DNA of 64,000 nucleotides. It comes from an uncultured Bacillota bacterium (GTDB lineage Bacteria; Sysuimicrobiota; Sysuimicrobiia; Sysuimicrobiales; Segetimicrobiaceae). Made by a program: the position numbers and the translations under genes. The notes beneath the pieces are model-generated. The model did not search any database. It was not told the DNA's origin and worked only from the letters and a program-made list of their open reading frames with translations. Each line of letters opens with the position of its first letter. The first letter of the stretch is position 1. The stretch lies in the NCBI GenBank assembly GCA_963804645.1, contig CAWDRG010000017.1:288001-352000 (forward strand), written 5' to 3'. This document shows positions 59,711 through 64,000 of this stretch, piece after piece.

Positions 59711-60370
59711 AATTGGAGATACAACATTGAGTACCGCAGGAGCGCCGCAACACTCACTGTAGACCAACTCGATCGACGCGTCGTAGATGCTGGGACCAGT
59801 ATACGTGATGGTTTCCGGAACCGGCGACGTCGGTCCCGAGTTGGTCCCAGGGATGGCAGTGCCGTTCACGTAGAAGGTTACGCCATCTTCGTGGGTTATC
59901 GTGAACTGTTCCCCGTTGAATAAGTCCGCTGTCCCGGTGAAGGTCCAGTACGAGTTGTTCATGGTATTAGCCTGCGCGGCTGCGACGCCAAACCCGCTCG
60001 GGCTTCCGAAATTGTAGACGAACTGAAAGTCCCCCGGAGGCTGGTTGGCTAACCATGCGCCGACGTTATACGCTGACGACGGCTGAAGGACGCATCTCAA
60101 AGGACCACAAGACGTGAAAAAGAGGAGCTCGAAGGGCTCGGTGATCGGGGGCAATTCCGGTGGGTAGGCCGCCAAAAATGTCAGGTCCGGGGGTGTTGCC
60201 GGAGTTGGAAGCGTCGCGTTGCCCGCTACCGCTGGGTTGACGTTGAGCCAAGCACTTCCGAACAACGGCATATCAAAGCCCTCGGCCTGCGCCGCACCCG
60301 TTCCGAGAAATACACCGACGCCGCACACAATGGTCATGCTCGCCAGCTTCAGCCACAATGGTCCTTTCAT
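59606..60370 (-). CDS. PEP-CTERM sorting domain protein, PA14-like; paralog of 58780-59538
   Basis: GAGGAG RBS, AQA signal, NTMNNSYW, FTITHEDG, VYSECCG, IPEPSSLALLGTG...VRRR. Confidence 0.88.
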   Translation of the reverse strand: MKGPLWLKLASMTIVCGVGVFLGTGAAQAEGFDMPLFGSAWLNVNPAVAGNATLPTPATPPDLTFLAAYPPELPPITEPFELLFFTSCGPLRCVLQPSSAYNVGAWLANQPPGDFQFVYNFGSPSGFGVAAAQANTMNNSYWTFTGTADLFNGEQFTITHEDGVTFYVNGTAIPGTNSGPTSPVPETITYTGPSIYDASIELVYSECCGAPAVLNVVSPIPEPSSLALLGTGVFGLIGFVRRRFRVRESLGMAR

Positions 60371-60963
60371 GTTCTGTTCTCCTCGCAGACGCCGATTGAT
60401 CGTGCTGCTGGTGTTCGAAGATCGGGTTAACTTCTTGTTCCCGCCGAGCAAACCCAAGGTTCCGGACATTAGCTGTCGCATCTCGATGCCCCCCTCGTGG
60501 TGACCGCGAGCCTCACGCCCCGGTTTCACCTTCGCCCCGCCAGCCAGGCGTGGGCCATCAAGAAAGACAGCAATATCGTTCAATAAAACAACTATTGCCT
60601 GTTTCGCGACCCGGAGACACCCTCCGATTGGACAGGGGGGGAGGGTTCTTAAGGCCGTGTTACTGAGGCCGCGGATTCACGCCCCGGCTGAATCGCCACG
60701 GCGTCCACTTTCTGGATGCGCCGAAAGGAACTCTCTTCGGACCAGCCCCGGTCGGCGCGGTCGCGCCTTGCTGGATGCGGGTTTGCGGGAAACGGTTTCG
60801 ACCCCCTTTCGGGCCACCAACGTTTCTCCGCCCTCGGGGGAGGTGCTGGACAGGATCCCTCGGTCAGGCTACCCAAACAGGTGAATGTGCTCGCCCCAGT
60901 CGATCCTCCACTTTCGCGTACTGCGCCGGTCCCCACTCCATGTACGCACGGACTATGTGAGCA

Positions 60964-61968
60964 TCAAGAATGCGTCGGTACAAGCTTGCCAAGAGCTTGC
61001 CAGTCTGGTGTATAGCCACAATGCCAGTACAGCACAGGCCCGTCATCGAAGGCAGGTCTGCGAGACAGATACTGCTCCATCACCGACCACGTCTTGCCGC
61101 CGAAAATCGGATCGATACGGATGCCCGACTCCCGCTGCAACGTCACGCATAACCTGGCCACGTCCTCGGGGTATCTACCGAATCCGCCGTAGAGGCTGCT
61201 GGATACGAGCTCAATACGCTCCCGGGGAACATGGTCGCGTAAGCCAAGAAAGCGCTCGGTCCAACGGACGAGACCTAGCGTCCACAACCGCGCTTGCCCG
61301 GGATACACTTGAACCCCGACGATGCGCATCGGGGCGGATCCGTCGCATCGCAGAGCATGCTCCGCGAGAAGGAACCCAGCAAACGTGGTCCCGGAGGCCG
61401 CGGTAATAAATACCGTCTTCGGCAACGGACCGCCCGTCGCGCGTACTTGTGACACCATTTCGATAAACCCGCGCGCGGTGCCCACGACTCCAGCCGGATG
61501 CATGATACTCGGGAGCGCCACAAAAGGGCGCCGATTCCGCCTGCGGCTCTCCACCGCGGCACTGACCACGCACGCGACCGCACGCAGATGCCCCGAGCCG
61601 AGTAAGTGCACGTGGTCGCGAAGGTCACTAAGTATCTCTTCGCGCTCAGCGCGTGGTAATGCCGGTTCGTTGACGATGAAGATCTGCCAATGCAGCCCGA
61701 ACCGTTGAAGCACCGGCACAATATCGCGAACGAGATTGGTAATGTTGGCCACCACGGTGATGAGTTCATTGTAGCCATGCGCAAGCATGTATCCGACCAG
61801 GTGCTCGATCTTGCGAGTTTTCACCCCGCCTCGCCCATGCCCCGACAGGTCGTCACGTTTGATCAGGATTCCGGACGTCCCGGAGCGCGGCAAGAACGAA
61901 ATGGGCGTGGGCCACTGGCCCAAGTTGACCGTGGGAAAATCGAGCAGTCGCGCAAGATCAGACGGCAT
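60964..61968 (-). CDS. Fold-type II PLP enzyme, divergent D-cysteine desulfhydrase/ACC deaminase family
   Basis: PTPI, IKRDD, GGVKTRK, SGTTFAG, GIRIDPIFGGK, LYWHCG. Confidence 0.8.
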   Translation of the reverse strand: MPSDLARLLDFPTVNLGQWPTPISFLPRSGTSGILIKRDDLSGHGRGGVKTRKIEHLVGYMLAHGYNELITVVANITNLVRDIVPVLQRFGLHWQIFIVNEPALPRAEREEILSDLRDHVHLLGSGHLRAVACVVSAAVESRRRNRRPFVALPSIMHPAGVVGTARGFIEMVSQVRATGGPLPKTVFITAASGTTFAGFLLAEHALRCDGSAPMRIVGVQVYPGQARLWTLGLVRWTERFLGLRDHVPRERIELVSSSLYGGFGRYPEDVARLCVTLQRESGIRIDPIFGGKTWSVMEQYLSRRPAFDDGPVLYWHCGYTPDWQALGKLVPTHS

Positions 61969-62043
61969 CCCCGGCTCCCCTCCAGCACTTCACGGGCACC
62001 GACCGTGGACGCCAGCGTCTGCGACACGCGACCTTGCCACCGC

Positions 62044-62583
62044 TCACGAGGACTTTCTCGCCGTGTTTCCAAGGGGGCGGAGGATCATGATCGGAATTTC
62101 GCGGCTGGTACGCTTCTGGTAGTCCACATACCCCGAGTATTCCGCAACGAACAGCGGCCAGAGTCGGCTCCGCTCCCCCGTATCGGCCTCGTGGGCCGTC
62201 ACCGGGACCAGCCGGCGACCGATTTGAAGGTGCGCATTGGGATTGGCCCGCAGATTCAACCACCAGGCCGGAGGCTGATCGAGTCCGCCGTGTGACGCGA
62301 TGACGACGACCGTATCCGAGTCGTCGATGCTCAGCAATGGAACCGTGTGCGGCTTGCCGGTTTTGCGTCCGGTCGTCGTGAGGAGGACGAATCGGCCGTT
62401 GGGAAGTCCGAATCGTCCTCCGGCCACCCCGCCGGTCACGCGGTAGATAAACAGATGCAGCCGACTCATGACTCGTATGAATTCACGCAGCGCCGCCGTG
62501 GATCCGCCGATTGACCGCATCACCCTGCGCAGCATCGCCGCGAGTAAGTGCGTCGAGGGCGCCTCGTCGCGCGGCCTAGTCAT
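62044..62583 (-). CDS. Deazaflavin (F420H2)-dependent nitroreductase-family oxidoreductase (Ddn-like)
   Basis: LLTTTGRKTG, ASHGG...PAWWLNLRANP, YQKRTSREIP. Confidence 0.9.
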   Translation of the reverse strand: MTRPRDEAPSTHLLAAMLRRVMRSIGGSTAALREFIRVMSRLHLFIYRVTGGVAGGRFGLPNGRFVLLTTTGRKTGKPHTVPLLSIDDSDTVVVIASHGGLDQPPAWWLNLRANPNAHLQIGRRLVPVTAHEADTGERSRLWPLFVAEYSGYVDYQKRTSREIPIMILRPLGNTARKSS

Positions 62584-62598
62584 GGTGCGGCATCCTCG

Positions 62599-62841
62599 TC
62601 AACTGACCAGTTTGCGCTCGATCCCAGCGATGATGTCGCCAAACGTCTGGATCTGCCGGAGGTCGGCCGTGGCGATATTAATCTTGAACAACCGTTCAAA
62701 CGCGAGCGCCAGCCGCAGGACATCAAGGGAATCAATCCCAAGGTCCACGAGCTTCGTCCCGGGGTCGATCCGATCGAAACGACGCCCGGTTTCCTGCCCG
62801 ATCACGTTTGTTGCGATCGTCACGACCTCGTCCCGCGTCAT
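62599..62841 (-). CDS. Acyl carrier protein
   Basis: 80 aa, DLGIDSL phosphopantetheine motif, FERLFKINI...TFGDI. Confidence 0.9.
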   Translation of the reverse strand: MTRDEVVTIATNVIGQETGRRFDRIDPGTKLVDLGIDSLDVLRLALAFERLFKINIATADLRQIQTFGDIIAGIERKLVS

Positions 62842-62928
62842 GGCTCACTCCCCTCTTCTCGAGCGTCGCCCATGAAGGGACCTGCGATGACCCGTGCCCC
62901 GCTCCATCGCCCGATCATCCGGACTGCC

Positions 62929-64000
62929 TCACCCGGTATACCGACTGACAATGAGCACCGCATTGCTGCCGCCAAACGCAAATGAGTTGCTCATGGCGTG
63001 GCTGACATTCCAAGACCTGGCGCCCTCCGCCACGTAGTCCAAGTCGCACTCGGGGTCCGGCACCCGGAGATTGATTGTTGGAGGCACGACATTGTCGCGA
63101 ATCGAAAGCACGCAGCTGATCAGTTCGAGGGCGCCGCTGGCCGCGATCGAATGACCGATCGCCCCTTTGATGCCCACGACCGGAATACGTCCCGCGCGGG
63201 CCCCAAACACGGCCTTGATGCCGGCGGTCTCCGTCTTATCGTTCCACATCGTCGCCGTGCCGTGCGCATTGATGTAATCAATCTGTTCGGGGGGCAGATG
63301 CGCATCGGCCAATGCCAGCCGCATCGCATCACTGGCGCCCTCGGAGGAAGGCTGAGTCAGATGATAGCCATCGCTCGTGGCGGCGTACCCGGTGACCTCC
63401 GCGAGAATGCTGGCCCCCCGCTCGCGAGCGGACCTTTCAGACTCGAGCACGAGAATACCTGCGCCTTCGCCCAGCACGACGCCGTCACGATCTCGACTAA
63501 ATGGGCGACAGGCCACCGCTGGATTGTCGTTCTGTTCAGACAGCGCGCGGAGCGCCGACCACGCGTGAATCAGTGATGCGGAGAGGGACGAGTCAGCGCC
63601 GCCGGTCAGGACCATGGGCACCACGCCGAACCGGATCAGGTTGAACGCATAGCCGATGGCATGGGACGACGACGCGCAGGCCGCATCGATAGTCATCAGC
63701 GGACCTTTAAAGCCAAACTTGATCGACACGTTGGAAGCCGGCGCATTGTTCATCAGGATGGGCAGGGTCATCGGATCCCGGATGGTTTTCTCTATGAAAA
63801 ACCTCAGCAGTGCCGGTTCGAAGCCGACAAATCCCCCGGACGTCCCCCCCAAGACCACGCCCAGCCCCAAGGGATCGCAGTCGCTGACATCGAGGCCCGC
63901 ACTCCGCACGGCCTCAGTCGCGGCGACAAGCGCAAGTTGGGACACGAACCCCATCCGCTTCAAGTCCCGTGGAGAAAAGTACAGACTGGGATCGTACCCG
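62929..64000 (-). CDS. fabF: Beta-ketoacyl-ACP synthase II-like enzyme, N-terminus outside the window
   Basis: AACASS (Cys), INAHGT (His), KGAIGHS (His), SNSFAFGGSNA. Confidence 0.88.
   Translation of the reverse strand, partial: GYDPSLYFSPRDLKRMGFVSQLALVAATEAVRSAGLDVSDCDPLGLGVVLGGTSGGFVGFEPALLRFFIEKTIRDPMTLPILMNNAPASNVSIKFGFKGPLMTIDAACASSSHAIGYAFNLIRFGVVPMVLTGGADSSLSASLIHAWSALRALSEQNDNPAVACRPFSRDRDGVVLGEGAGILVLESERSARERGASILAEVTGYAATSDGYHLTQPSSEGASDAMRLALADAHLPPEQIDYINAHGTATMWNDKTETAGIKAVFGARAGRIPVVGIKGAIGHSIAASGALELISCVLSIRDNVVPPTINLRVPDPECDLDYVAEGARSWNVSHAMSNSFAFGGSNAVLIVSRYTG

Noticed and set aside
60371..60963. c-di-GMP riboswitch or sigma-54 promoter upstream of the PEP-CTERM array
   Set aside because: Only a GTGAAACCG fragment and small hairpins; other riboswitch elements and GG-N10-GC spacing are missing. 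An Rfam scan would be needed.

Overview
GC-rich bacterial window, mostly accessory and catabolic genes. It holds several ABC-transporter operons (NitT/TauT-type, peptide/nickel-type, sugar-type) mixed with flavin-, F420-, PLP- and TPP-dependent enzymes, and a short core-genome block (ireB/reoM-murA, a sugar/G3P-type ABC transporter, a 2-hydroxyacid dehydrogenase, tRNA-Val(TAC), tRNA-Ile2(CAT)). The right end has a tandem array of three PEP-CTERM surface-protein genes next to a FabF-ACP-F420 reductase-PLP enzyme cluster that runs off the window. The main finding is at 9.2-13.2 kb. A decayed ISL3 transposase is split near its C-terminus by a 3,143-bp insert, and removing 9223-12365 restores ...FPCGGLELYATHPGS* plus a terminal repeat. 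The insert is two TCTA-delimited units: a DHFR-family passenger cassette, and a unit encoding an unclassified 539-aa protein (no DDE or HUH motif seen; Y-x-K...R-x-E motif plus C-terminal winged helix) with a small divergent partner. I read this as a candidate uncharacterised mobile-element family. Other notable points: a 3.4-kb segment bounded by a duplicated 5' part and promoter of tRNA-Val, ireB directly upstream of murA, an in-operon aldehyde dehydrogenase replacement, and ~190-bp repeat cassettes in the PEP-CTERM array. All calls come from reading motifs by eye; no database searches were run.
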